From Lepidodermella squamata (Eukaryota > Animalia > Gastrotricha): 64,000 nt of DNA. A program made the position numbers and the translations under genes. Numbering within the stretch: the first letter of the stretch is position 1; each line of letters begins with the position of its first letter. Below are positions 36,003 through 48,097 of the stretch, in pieces. The notes under the pieces were generated by a model. The model saw nothing but the letters and a program-made list of their open reading frames with translations. It was not told where the DNA came from and did not search any database. The stretch lies in contig JBLDXI010000021.1 in assembly GCA_047495785.1 (NCBI GenBank), positions 1,364,001 to 1,428,000 of the forward strand, in the 5' to 3' direction.

Positions 36003-37211
36003 TTAGACGGCTGATGGGATGACGCCTGTCATGTCGCATACAAACGAGTGCAGCAGACATTCGGCCGTCTCCGGCTTGTAGATGTAGCCGCGACACTTTT
36101 TACGCCCGCCGAACCCGTACGCGCCGTTCATGCACAAATTCGTGCACTGCTCGCTTGTTTTGTTCGTGAACGTGAACTGCGGCTTACTTTCGTCCTGGTC
36201 TGAATGATATCAGAATATTAAAAAAATCTATTTTTTAAGGCACACTTACAAGCCTTCCAATTATTGGCAAAATATTGGCGACTTTTCACTGTGCTGGAAT
36301 ATTTAATCATGTAGATCGTGCCGGAAAACAGCTGCGAGCTCAGGCCTGAAACTGTTTTGCCGCCAATGGTCACCTGGGGCGTTGAGATATCCGTAACTAG
36401 ATTTTTCTGGATCAAAGGTTCGCCCTGGGCGTAGAAATGGAGCTAGAAAGCTTGAATTCAATATAAATGCGGAAGCTAACCACGACGGCGCCATTTAGGT
36501 ATATAGCATAGTTGGTTCCATTGTACGAAATGCCGGTGTATTGGAACGTTTCGGAGGTCGGAACGGTATAATTGACGGCCAAAGTTTGAGCGCTTGCTAT
36601 TTTTCGTTAGGAAATAAAATAAATCGGTTATTTCAAAATGTAGTCACCATATCTTGACAGAATTTGGACAGTTGTCTTAGAAGTTCCGTACTTGGGGAAT
36701 CCGAAAACCATTTGCTGTTACAACAAAATTTACGTCATTCCTGGGTGATTTGTCTGAAAACTTGCTTCATAATAGGCATATCCTACTCCAGTGCTGGCAC
36801 CAAGCCACAATTCAAGGGTGAAGGGCCCCGTGCTACCCCACTCGCTTTTCGTCGGGTAAAACGTGAAGCCTCCGCCGTTGGACAGAGTAACGCCGACTAG
36901 GCAAAACGGGTTTGTCGCTACGCTGGGGTCGCTTGAAATATTGACCGGTGCATCGTCGGCTTTATTACGTAAGGTTATTATTGTAAAAAAATTAAAAATC
37001 GAGTTTTATTACGATGGAAGTAAGTTCCAGGAACGCCATTGATTCCCCAGCCATCTACTGTGTCGCCTGGATTAAACGATTCAACTGGAGTTTGGAAGGT
37101 CAGCATGAACAAGGTATCTGGCTCTTCATAGGCATTCACCTCGCCTCGGATGGGTTCAAGAAGCGAAGCAAATAAAAATATTACAAAACTGAATTTTTGC
37201 ATCTTGTTCAT
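36003..37211 (-). CDS. Multi-exon secreted protein with a LamG/concanavalin-like domain and a C-terminal PAN/apple domain
   Basis: Signal peptide MNKMQKFSFVIFLFASLL, then YTGISYNGTNYAIYLNG and TIGG...FSGTIYMIKY. Last exon CTNLCM...CRGYIYKPETAECLL. Internal exon edges approximate. Confidence 0.6.
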
Positions 37212-37394
37212 TTTTTATGTTTAACAAAAATATTGCGTGAGTCTGAACCGGCTCAACGTTCGATTCGCAGCGCTTGGCAACAATATAAACAATTTTTCTC
37301 ATCAGTTCACAGGTTTATTCCAATAATTTGATTGACAACTTGAAATCGCGAAAAAAATCGAAAAAATAGCAGGAAATATTTTATCGCAGTTTTT

Positions 37395-38866
37395 CTACTC
37401 TGATTGACTAGGCAGGTGTGCAGCTAGAGTCGAGCGAATATTTTCGATGCACCGCCATTCGCCTGCGCTGGCTGTTTCTTTCGTGATGAAAGCCGCGCCG
37501 AGACCGGATTCAACGAGCGAGCAAACGCCCGCGTGGCTGATCGCATCATTGCTACCAGCGAAAAGCTGCCGGTGGGCTATGTGAAGCTCCTTCGACAGTG
37601 AGGTGCGAAATGCACCTTTGTCATCAGTCTGAAAAAAAAGATTCATTCGAGTTCATACGCCTGTATTATTGTTTTATATAAAAACGTTTAACATATTTAG
37701 TTGTTCAAACGAAAATCAAATTAGGGCTAATTTGTAGTGCCCATTTTCAATTTTCAGCCTCATTGCCTGACTAAAATAGTTAATTGACACTTTTTTAAAT
37801 AAAAGTGAGATTGAAGGAAATGGACTGTCAACTGGGGTGAAAAAGTTAGGTCACATGATGAATAAAAATTTCGAAAACCAGCATACACAGATAGCAACAG
37901 GGTGATCGATTCCATGCCAAAACTTGACGTGATGATCATCGTAGGACGGACATGTCAAGCCAGCCACATTTGACGTGATGCAAAGCTCTGCGAAAACGAA
38001 TTTTCTAGTTCAATCGAAAAATAATTTTAAGGCAGACCGAGAGGAATTTTGTTCTCGTGAACTTTTTCGGCCAGCGAATTTTTTATAAAAGTGCCATGGC
38101 CAATGCGATCAGGCCGCAGCGCTGCTAGAACCGCTTCCGTTTCTTCCTCTTGGCTTTCGACCTCAGCTAAATGGAGGGCTAACCGCCAGCCGGAGAGTTG
38201 AGCCTCGCGTAAAATCGGCAAATAAGTTCGCGCATCATTGACGCGAGGATCGCCGCTCAAATCGATGCCGACAACGTGGCGACGGAATTGCGCCGCCAAC
38301 TTCAGCGCAGTGTTAGCCGCTTCCAATGACCGGCGCCGGTCTATCGACATGATCAGCTTCACTACCATACTCTGCCCGGTTTCGCTGTTCGTATTCGCGT
38401 ATTCAGCCTCCTCAATCGCTTTCACAATTGTTTCGATGTGTTCACTAGGGCTCATTGTGTAGTCATTTTTCGGCGTTGTCCGCAGCTCCAGATAGCGAAC
38501 GTTATCGGCCTTGAACTCGTCAATTACGTCACGAGCTCCGATATACACAGCCTCTTTAGAGCAAGTGGTCGCCTGGGCTAGGGCGAAATATTTGAATACT
38601 CTGTATAAAAATTCCTTTAAAGGTCCCCCTTAAAACTTGGTCTGCAAAATTACTCGTCGAATCCGAAATTGTCCTGTGTGATCCAATCTAGGTCTCCTGA
38701 ACTTTTCCCAGACATTGCGCTCAACTTTTTCACCGTTTCACCCGAGTAGGATCCAGTTAGATGGGCATGTAGCTCCTGCATACCGCAAATATAATTATTG
38801 CAGATATCAGCTTTCAAACTTTCCACTTACAACTTTAGGTATCGATTGGCAAAAATCACACGCCAT
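37395..38866 (-). CDS. ADAL: Adenosine deaminase-like protein (N6-methyl-AMP deaminase family)
   Basis: PKVELHAHLTGS, YLELRTTPK, VVGIDLSGDP, LHLAE, PDRIGHG, TDDKGAF across GT-AG exons. Confidence 0.9.
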
Positions 38867-39124
38867 ATTTGGATATAAAATTATTAAAAGAGTCAAGCCT
38901 ATCAACAAATCAAAGCAAGTTTATTGGCAAGTTGTTATCGAAAATCATTTAAAATTATTTCGTTTTTTTCAATCGATCGGGAATTCGAATCACAATTTTG
39001 AGTACCGTATTGAAACAATTGCAGCAAAATTAACAATCAACAATATTTTGAATATCCATGTAAAGCAGTAAGAAAAGACGGTATAAATACTAGGTAAGAA
39101 AACGAGTCGTTTCACTCTGTTGTT

Positions 39125-41319
39125 TTAGTCTTGAATCGAGACGACTTGAATCTCGTTGGCATTATCAACAAGTGGCGGTATTATTTTGACGTTATCGAAT
39201 TGCGCGAGGCTGAAATCTCGAGTGCCCATGCCAACGAACCCGTTTTTAACGTCCCTGGCCTCGTTTTTCAACTGGCAATTCGAGATAACTTTAGCGTTGT
39301 TCACCAACAACGTAGCTTGCGGTCCAGACAGAGAAATGCCCAGGTTAAACCAGCCATTTTTACCGCCTGGTAGAGAATCAAATGAAAAGTTGGCCTTGCA
39401 CGTCGGGTTTAGCGCCATCAAACGTTCGGTAATGTAAACAGTATTGTCCTTAGGCGAGGCCCAGGCGAAAACACCGGCTGTTGTGAAAGTCATGCAGCCG
39501 CCGTGTTGAATTCTAGCACCAATATACGCAGAATCGGTGGCGTTAACCGCCGGGAACATCATATCTGACGAGTAGTAAATATCTGACCAGTTGTAATTTC
39601 CGAAAACGGCAAGGGGCCGTAAATTCGGAATCGTGCACCACGTAACCGGCGGTTGAAGTAGCATTTGCTGCAACACTCGGCCGTGCTTCGCATCAGCAGC
39701 TTGCTGGACCTCGAAAACGCCAACTTGCTGCTGAATGTACCGGCCCTCGGCATCAATCGGGGTCGATTCGAAATCGTCCGAATACGGGTACGGGAAGTCT
39801 TTAGACGGCAACGGGCCGTTGAGATCATCGCCCTCAAGCGACCCCTTCCGACCAGGGGCAACCGTGGTGAGGGTGATCAACTGATTAGCAGCAACTGCGA
39901 CTCTGAAAGTCAAATCCGTACCGACTTGAATCGCGGGTTTCGAGACAAACATCTCGCCCGTTGACAAATCTGAAAGTCTGACGTAAAGTTTTGGCGGTGA
40001 TTGAAATTTCCAGTTAGCCAATGAAAACGCAAGGGTTTGATTCGTAATAGTCGGGTAGGGATTAATCGCAGGCCTAACGCAGGCTGATTGGTAGTAATCG
40101 ATTGTTTCAATGACAACAGTGAAGAATTGTTGATCGGGTGAAACCAGGGTGACATAACTACCGCCACCCCCTGGCAACATGCCAACACCACTTCCGTGGG
40201 CAAGGTACACCCAGCCGGGTTGCGTGAATTGGGTAGTATGAGCTGTCAACCAAACTGGGTCGTCAATGTTGTACCAACCACCCCACGGCTGGTTCGCAGT
40301 CAATAGGCCAGTCCTCGGGTAGTCCAAATTGTCGTAAAATGCCGAAATAATATTGAAAATATACGTCGTTGTGAAGAGGCCCGTCACGTAATTTCTGTTC
40401 AAAATCCGAGCAATGCAGCCATTTTTTGTCGTCCTAGCATCCGTACTGTCGTCCTCGCTTGAAACAAGGGCTTGAGGCAAGTTTTGAGCTCGAGGCGGCG
40501 CGTAACCTCCCGGGTAATGGATCGCAATTTTCGAGATCATCTTAGCTAGATCGGCGTCTGTGGTTAAATAATCGATGATTTCCCAGTGGTTATCGCCGGC
40601 TACGATTTCGGTTTTCAAATTATTCTCCTGGATGCGATGGTACAGTGCTTTCATGTAAGGGACATGTTCTGGTTTTTCATTCCAAATACCAACGTAATCG
40701 ATATCGAGATTCCAGTACTTTTTAGCGCCTTTGATCCAGCTTACAATGCTAGAAAAATAAAGAGAAAATAGCTATAATTAACGATATTAAGGTGGGACGT
40801 ACTAATCAGCAGTTTTATTCAAGCTGGCGAATGGAATGAAATGAGACCCATTACCCAGCCAGCCTGGGAAGCACCACGGCAAGCCATACAGCTTGATATT
40901 CGGATTTCGTTTCTTCGCCTCGGACATCATCCAAAATTCGTAGCCGCGCTGGAAGTTGCCTTCAGTCTCCCATTCGTAGTGGCGATGGGAACTCTCGACC
41001 CCTTGCGTTGTCTGGTCATCTCCACCGATTTCGACCTTGAACAATTGGAGCGAAGCGCCGAAACGCGGCTTGAATAAATAGTCGAGAATTTCGGAGCGTT
41101 GCGGCTCAGGATAAAGGGGCAGCATTCTAGCCACAGCCTTAAAATTCACATTTTAAATATGAAAATCAAGAAATATTTAATACCTACCCCTCCACCGCTG
41201 ATGGCGCCTACTCCTTCGAAAACTCTACCACGGCTCGATAGATCCACCTTAAAGGTTGTTGCATCGATAAATCGAGCAGTAGCACATATAGCAAATATAC
41301 TTAAAAGTAACTGCCGCAT
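39125..41319 (-). CDS. GALC: Galactocerebrosidase (GH59), three exons
   Basis: [72 protein letters not shown]. Confidence 0.95.
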
Positions 41320-41434
41320 TTCTAAACGTAAAAATTGACACAATATATGAAAAATCTGAGGTTTAATAATAATTCGATGTTTTTGAAACGGTAAAATTGA
41401 AAGCCACACAACAATTAATTTTTTGAGCACACAT

Positions 41435-43102
41435 TTAAGCAGGAGCTGAAACAGGTAGGGTGAAATTATTTTCGCGTTCGCAAAAATATTCAACAGCAGC
41501 CAGAATTTTCTGCTTATCACCGCGCCATTTTTCGTTGTACGGCGCCATTTCTTCTTTGCTCGGCAATTCATCAAGATGCTTCGCCACAGCAATTTCGTCG
41601 TGGAGTAGAATCAACGGGCATTTTCGAATATTTTCCACCGAAAACCCACGCGATTCTAGAAATTTTATTCGTTTTTGAGCGGTGAAATAATTCGGAATCG
41701 CTCGTTTCGTTTCAACAGGTATGAGATTTGTCAACTCACTCGCCGGGCATTTCAGCGCTTTCGCGAGGCCCATAACTCGCGATATCGTCGCGTAGGGTCG
41801 AACCAGCCGACCGTCGATTGATAATTTCTCCAATTGGGTCAACGTGAACGGGGTTAGGCCTTTCGAAATCAAGTACTCAGCGGCATCCAGCAATCTTGGA
41901 ACGGGCCGGTATTCGAAAACGTAAGAATGAGACAGCACTTCTGAGGGTTTCACTCCGTTGTCAAGTAACAACCGAATCAGCTTATCCAATTGAGCTAAAT
42001 GCCGAGTTCGAATGTAATTTATCGGTATCACGTGATCGCGCGAAGTTTGAAGCAATTTCGCAAATAGGTCAAAGCGATCATTCACATTTTCTGATATTCT
42101 AGCCTCTTTTCCAGACTTCCCTAGTTCATACCAGTGTTTAAAAGCCGTATAGGTAGATAAAACAGCAGCTAGATCGAGGCTAAGCTGCGCCGATTCTAGC
42201 ATTTCACATCTTTGCTGAATTGTCGTCAATGATCGCATAAAAAAGTTTGACAGATTAACCGATACTTCCTCTACGGGAATTTTTTTCTCGCGAATATATT
42301 TCAGCTTACTGTCCATCAGTAGAATGCAGTGACACGTGCGCAGAAAATGGCTTGAGACAACAAATGAGCCGCTCTCTAGGCTAAAAATGCTCACAGGAGT
42401 CGATAGGTTATTCGACACATAATCTGCGTGAATTTCAGCCCCACTTGAAGCCATTACATCCAAATACGTGGCACATTCTTTTTCGTAAGGTCTTATCCGA
42501 TTTCCTTCCATTAGAGAGTGGTGCAACATAGCCGGAAAGATTGTTTCCACCCCTCGGCGCCTCAAATATGCAATGCGCCGCTCGATTTGCTGTTACAAAA
42601 TGAAATTTAGAGCATTTTTACTAATAAATTAGACTTTTTGTACCTCAACGTTTTGCAGTAGGAAATCAGGTATTTCGACAACTTGGCGCATAGTTGCTTT
42701 ATTCTTCAGCAAAATGCCAACTTTTTGCTCGATAGTTTCTTTCCGAAAATCAAAACAAGCTCCGCCTGTGTCGAAAAATGGACCAATTTTCAGCTCGAGG
42801 TGCTTAGCAAAGTCGGATACATTCGGAGCGGGCTGCGACGGCGGAAATCTCAAGCTGGTTTGAATGAGTTTGTAAATAACAGGTTCACTTCTAGTCGACA
42901 GCGAAGGCCGGTTGCGTTTCTTTTTAGTCACCTCTCCCTCGTTATCTTCGCTATCTTTTTCAAAGTTATTTTCATCGTCCTCATCAATTATTGGCACGGC
43001 TTTTCGTTTCGAGCTCGGAATCACCACTTTTGACGGTTTTACCTTGGGAGTTTTCGTCGATGACGCAAAAAACCGTAAAATAATTCCTGGTTTGAATTTC
43101 AT
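41435..43102 (-). CDS. mTERF-family mitochondrial protein (mTerf5/mTTF-like), two exons
   Basis: Basic N-terminal leader and repeated helical units such as RIKFLESRGFSVENIRKCPLIL and LLLDNGVKPSEVLSHSYVF. Confidence 0.65.
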
Positions 43103-43410
43103 TTATATAAAATCTAGTTAAAAATTGCACATCAATCATCCATACTGTCAAATACTTTTACTCACAGATATCGTAACTCAAGAATGAGAAAAGTTAAAAA
43201 TTGCGGCGTGTTTTCTCAAATATCGCGGTGTCGAATAAGAAATAAATACTAAAATATACACATCATATGGCGCCGCTATCGTCCTCAGCGCTATCACCAC
43301 TATCATCTAAATTGCGCGAATCCGCATGCAACGACGGAGAGGGAGGATTCAATTTGAAACTAGAAAAAAAATCAAATTAATTGATTTCAATTTTTCCCCG
43401 GAAATTTGTA

Positions 43411-46127
43411 TTACTTTTCGAGGTTTTGCAGGATGTCGCTTGACAGTTTTTTCGACAATTCTCGAGCAGCACGCCATGATGAGAAAATCCCGCCAAACTG
43501 CCGAACCCTCATCTCATACGCTTGATCGTCGACCTCTGCAACAATGGCGACCAACATCGGCACTCCGCCATCTCGTTCCAACATCGGAATGTATTTTTCG
43601 GGGTTGGAAGTCGTTAGATTGGCCAGCGCCCAAATCGCCCACAGCTGGACAACTGGGCAATGAGAGCACGGCACTAGTCGCAAAATCGGACCAAACGATC
43701 GATAGTTAATCTGGCGAGATGAGTCCAACTTCCAACGCTCGGTTATCACACGGTAAATTCGCTCGGAACAAACATCGGGCTCGATATTGGCTTCAATGAA
43801 GCCAGAATATCCATCACACATCATATGGGCAAGTATTCCGATCGTATTGTACGAAACCTCGAGGCATTCGTCCGGGCTATCGATGAATCTATCCAGAATT
43901 GCGAGACATTCTTTCGCCCTCAGCTGGTCACGCAATTCGTGAACCTCGGCGACATTGCCGATTAGCCCGGTCATATTTCGGTACAAATCAATATTCTGAA
44001 AGTTCTCGTAACACTGAGCAAACGCTGTTAGCCCACCGGCCTGCAAAAATCGCTCGCAGTTTGCCGGCGTTTCGTCGGTAACGTTCCAAAGAATCGAAAA
44101 ACAACATTCCAAAATCTCGCCGGAATGCCTCGTCGCAACCAGCCGAGATACGACTTCAAGTAAGCACTCAACCACGCCCAGTTCCCCTAGCAAAGCCTTG
44201 CAGTCCATTTCAATATTGCAGGCTAGACCATTGAGAACGTGGAGAAAATATCGCTCGACAAAGGCGTCGAGTACCCGCGTTAACATAGTGCAGATAAGCC
44301 GAACGAAGCGACGGCAAACAAATAAAAAGTGCTCAGCCTCGGCGAAAACGTGTAAAATCAACACGCCGTTTCGAAGAACAGTGACATCGCGCCAATGGTC
44401 TTCTAATACGGTTAAAATGATCCGGATGATATTTTTCCGTAAAACTGTAGAGATGATATCTCGATCCCGACATTCTCGCACGACGTAGAACAAACTAGCG
44501 GTTGCTGGGATAAGGGTGAACAGGTTCGCCTTGTTTTTGAGCAGAATATCAAGAAGAAGTGAAAGAATTTCACAAGTTGCAACGGTCCCTTCGCGACGAA
44601 TCTACAACATATTACTTTAATGAAATTCCCAATGCAATAACCGAATGTCTCACTTTCAAAAACAGAGCATTCAGTGCTTTGTTGACAAGAATAGGCCTTT
44701 TCTGATACCTCCTTAGGCAAGAAACCAATTGATTTTCGTCCGCTAAACCAGAAACCTAAAAATATATATTTCAATTTTTGCACCACAAGAAAATTCAAAA
44801 ACAACCTCTGCAGCGGATAGGGTGAGATCGAAACACGGATCCGATGCACAGTCCAACAAGCCGAGAAAATCCATTGGGTGGTTATGTTTGAGATACAGCC
44901 AAATACTTTTAAACGATTCTTCAACCTTCGGCTCGACATTCGACGTGCCAGAAGTGAAATGAGGGGATCTTGAAGTTCCTTTCGAGTCATTATACAGCAA
45001 ATTCGTGCCAGATATGTCTAGTGAAGTAAGAAGAGGCAGGTTTTCCAGCAAAACAAGCAAACTGCCATCCGCATCTTCGTACATCACGGGGTTGTCTTCA
45101 GCAACAGAAATATCGAGATGTCTAAAAAGAATTCGGGAAGGTATAATCAATACAAATCATTAGTTAAATTTACCTTAAATTTTTCAATTGCTTCAATATG
45201 TCGAAGGTAGCTCTGCAGCTTTCCATCCTGACGTTATGCAGGTTTAAAAATGTCAAACGAGGTACAAATTCGATGCAGTCGATAAAATCGATATCAATTT
45301 CACTGTTCTCAAGAGCGAGATGAGTAAGATTCGGACAGCGTGAAATCAGTGCAGCCACAAAGGACTGGGCTTCTCCGCCGAGAATCGTTACAGAAACTCG
45401 TTCCAGCTTCGGACAGTCGAATAAATAATCCTCACCAAATCTAAGCTGCATTCGCTCTATATCTTCATCTTCACCTGAAAAGAAAATGGTGAATTCGCAA
45501 ATAACAGATTCTAGACACATACTAAGCCCAGGTGGATTGAAGTAGTTTTTACGGAAACGGCGATGTTCGATTACATTGACTGATGCGAAGTTGATAACAG
45601 AACCGATGACAAGAGACTTCAGGTCCCCGCAATATTGGTTAATTGCGTGGAGAGTGTTGGTATTCAAACCGGTAGTTTCGCTTATATCCAAGTGTTTTAG
45701 CGGATGCTGAACAATCCAGAAAACCTCGCAATCTTTCAGGTGGCCTCTCAGTACGGCAGAGTATAGCTTTGTCGCTGATGTATCCTGAAATACAAGTCAA
45801 TTGAATAACAAATTGAATAAGAAATGTATAAAATATTACTCTAAACGCTTCCAAGATTTTGTGAACATCCAATTTACGTCCAGTTTCTTCTTCGAACCTC
45901 TGTTGAAAAAGAGTATCCGTGCAATGTTGCAATATTGACTGGCAGACAGAAACATCTAGGGCTGAACAATCCATAGAATAAGCACAAGAGTTTTCAAGAG
46001 GACTGTAAAACTTACATCTTCTAAGGGTAATGATTTCAGTCGAGTCGACGCAAAGAAACACATATTTGTGGTTAAGCAAAGTTCTGGTTGCAAGTTCTCG
46101 AAGCGTGAATGACGTGTACGCATTCAT
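43411..46127 (-). CDS. ZER1: ZER1/ZYG-11 family CUL2 substrate receptor (LRR + ARM)
   Basis: SLDISGTNL, WNVTDETPANCERF, RNMTGLIGNVAEV, EVSYN, INYRSFGPILRL, WALANLT across GT-AG exons. Confidence 0.88.
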
Positions 46128-46449
46128 TGATAATGTTTCACTATCCAATAAAACATTTGCTCTATAGGAGAACAAGGAGCGTTTAGATTACCAAAAGAGT
46201 TTCGTCAACTGTTGGCTAGTTATGGCAAGCTTTTCTTCTAGATACACTTTTCCTGTACTAAATCTAAACCTTTCCCGTAATAATATGCTTTCCGTTATAA
46301 TTGTCCAGCTGTCCTCATTTGGTCGTCAGAGCTCGGAAAGAATAAATAAACGAAGCATACGGTGTATAATGTCCTCGAGGACCCAAACTTCTATCTATTT
46401 ATAAGCCGTATATTTAGTCATAGGCCGGCTGCAAAATATGAAAAACAGC

Positions 46450-47440
46450 AAATTAATCAGCTCACGCACCAGTTTCCTACCAAGAATTTGAAAAACTTAA
46501 TATCCAGAGTAGGAAATAGGAAGATTACGCTTAGGTGCAATACCAACAAATGCACTCCTAGTTGATACCCATTAAAAGCATGTAATTGAATCTAAGATGA
46601 AGACCAGCATCTCATTTTGATTCGGGGCAATTAAAACAGTGTTACCTAGGTCTTAAACACGTTTTTCCACCGGATGATCTTACGAATACTCAATCAACAA
46701 GTGAGGTTCTCAGCGGTAATTAATGCACACTCAAGGCAAAATCTTCCCTTAATACCAAGTTAGTGGTTACTGTAAACTAGCCCAACGAGCGGATTGCGGC
46801 TTGGCAAATGACAAGTTCTTTGAGAACGAATTCACTGTTCACTTCCTTCACCGCGGGGTGCAGTGAAGCCAAAAAATAAGTCGCCACTCCAGCACTGACA
46901 CTTAGCGCGCTTTCAATCCTGGACAATTTACTGCGACTAAATTATTTCACTAAATCAACTTTTCAACATTCAACTCACTGTATTTTGCCGTAATTTTGAT
47001 TTCAACCTTGACCTTATTGTTGCCGCGAGTTTCAAATACCTGCCCTGCCTGCCCTCGTACCTGAGGCTCCCCCAGGAAGCAAATTGAATCACGGGCGAGT
47101 TTCAAATGCGGGAAACGACAGGTCGGATTGAGATTAGCGATTGCTAGCGGTTGTACAACGGATATGAACATTAATGCTACGCTCTGCCTACATTATATAA
47201 ATTTCATTACTTATATGCCATGTAACATACGATTGAAATCACTTCAGACCATATCAAACATATTGCTGTGTTGCTTGAAGTTCCTGGAAGAATCACTTGC
47301 ATAAGGGACTAAGTTGCCCACCCGTTTCGACATTTGTCATGTGACAAACTCATCATTCTAGTCCACTGCTACAGGATTTCAGGAAGCCTGCGCTTTTAGG
47401 TGTGTATTCCTAATTGCCATGTATTTTCCTCTTGTCATGT
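46450..47440 (-). pseudogene. Possible decayed XRN1-like fragment
   Basis: Colinear weak matches to recalled XRN1 C-terminal domains (FLGEPQVRGQAGQV, ELNVEKLI, DAGLHLRFN, VGNWCVS), broken by stops. Confidence 0.3.
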
Positions 47441-48097
47441 TAATTCGAAGCACTGGTCACAGTGATTCAGTGAAAAATCAACAATAAAGTACCGAGAAGA
47501 AGCATGATAAGATGCGGAAGTGTGCGATTGCTGAATAAATGTTGAATGAATAAAATACTTATTTAATTTTCTACTCCGCACATCACTGCAAGAAAATAGC
47601 CAATCAATCCCTAAATTTTGTACTCTTTCAGTTCTTTCAATTCTGGAACCAAACCTATTGCCTGTCGATAACTCAATGATTAACGCAACGAAATTTTGGA
47701 CTTGGAAATATGTCGAAATCATATGTCGAAAGTGGGTATGCTATCAAAAGTGGTTTTCTATGAGCATAATTTCTGATCGAAATATGACAGAGCGTAATAC
47801 AGAACTAGACACAAAGCAGCCGTGGATTTATTTTATTGTTTCATGTTTTAAGCGGCGGGCGGCGGCATGTTGTTGAGCTTGAGAGATGCGCAAGGTGGTG
47901 CGCGCAGCACGTGTAGCAAAACGCCACAACTTGTTTACTCTGATCAATGAGATTTCGATGTTTCTCCGTAATTCTGATAATCCGCAAACGGCTGTTCCGG
48001 TACTCCAGAACATTCCACGTGAAAAATTGAAGGACCAACTATTCATTCATTATAGAATTTATCTGAAGAAGTAACCTTCATAAATATAGTTCGATCG

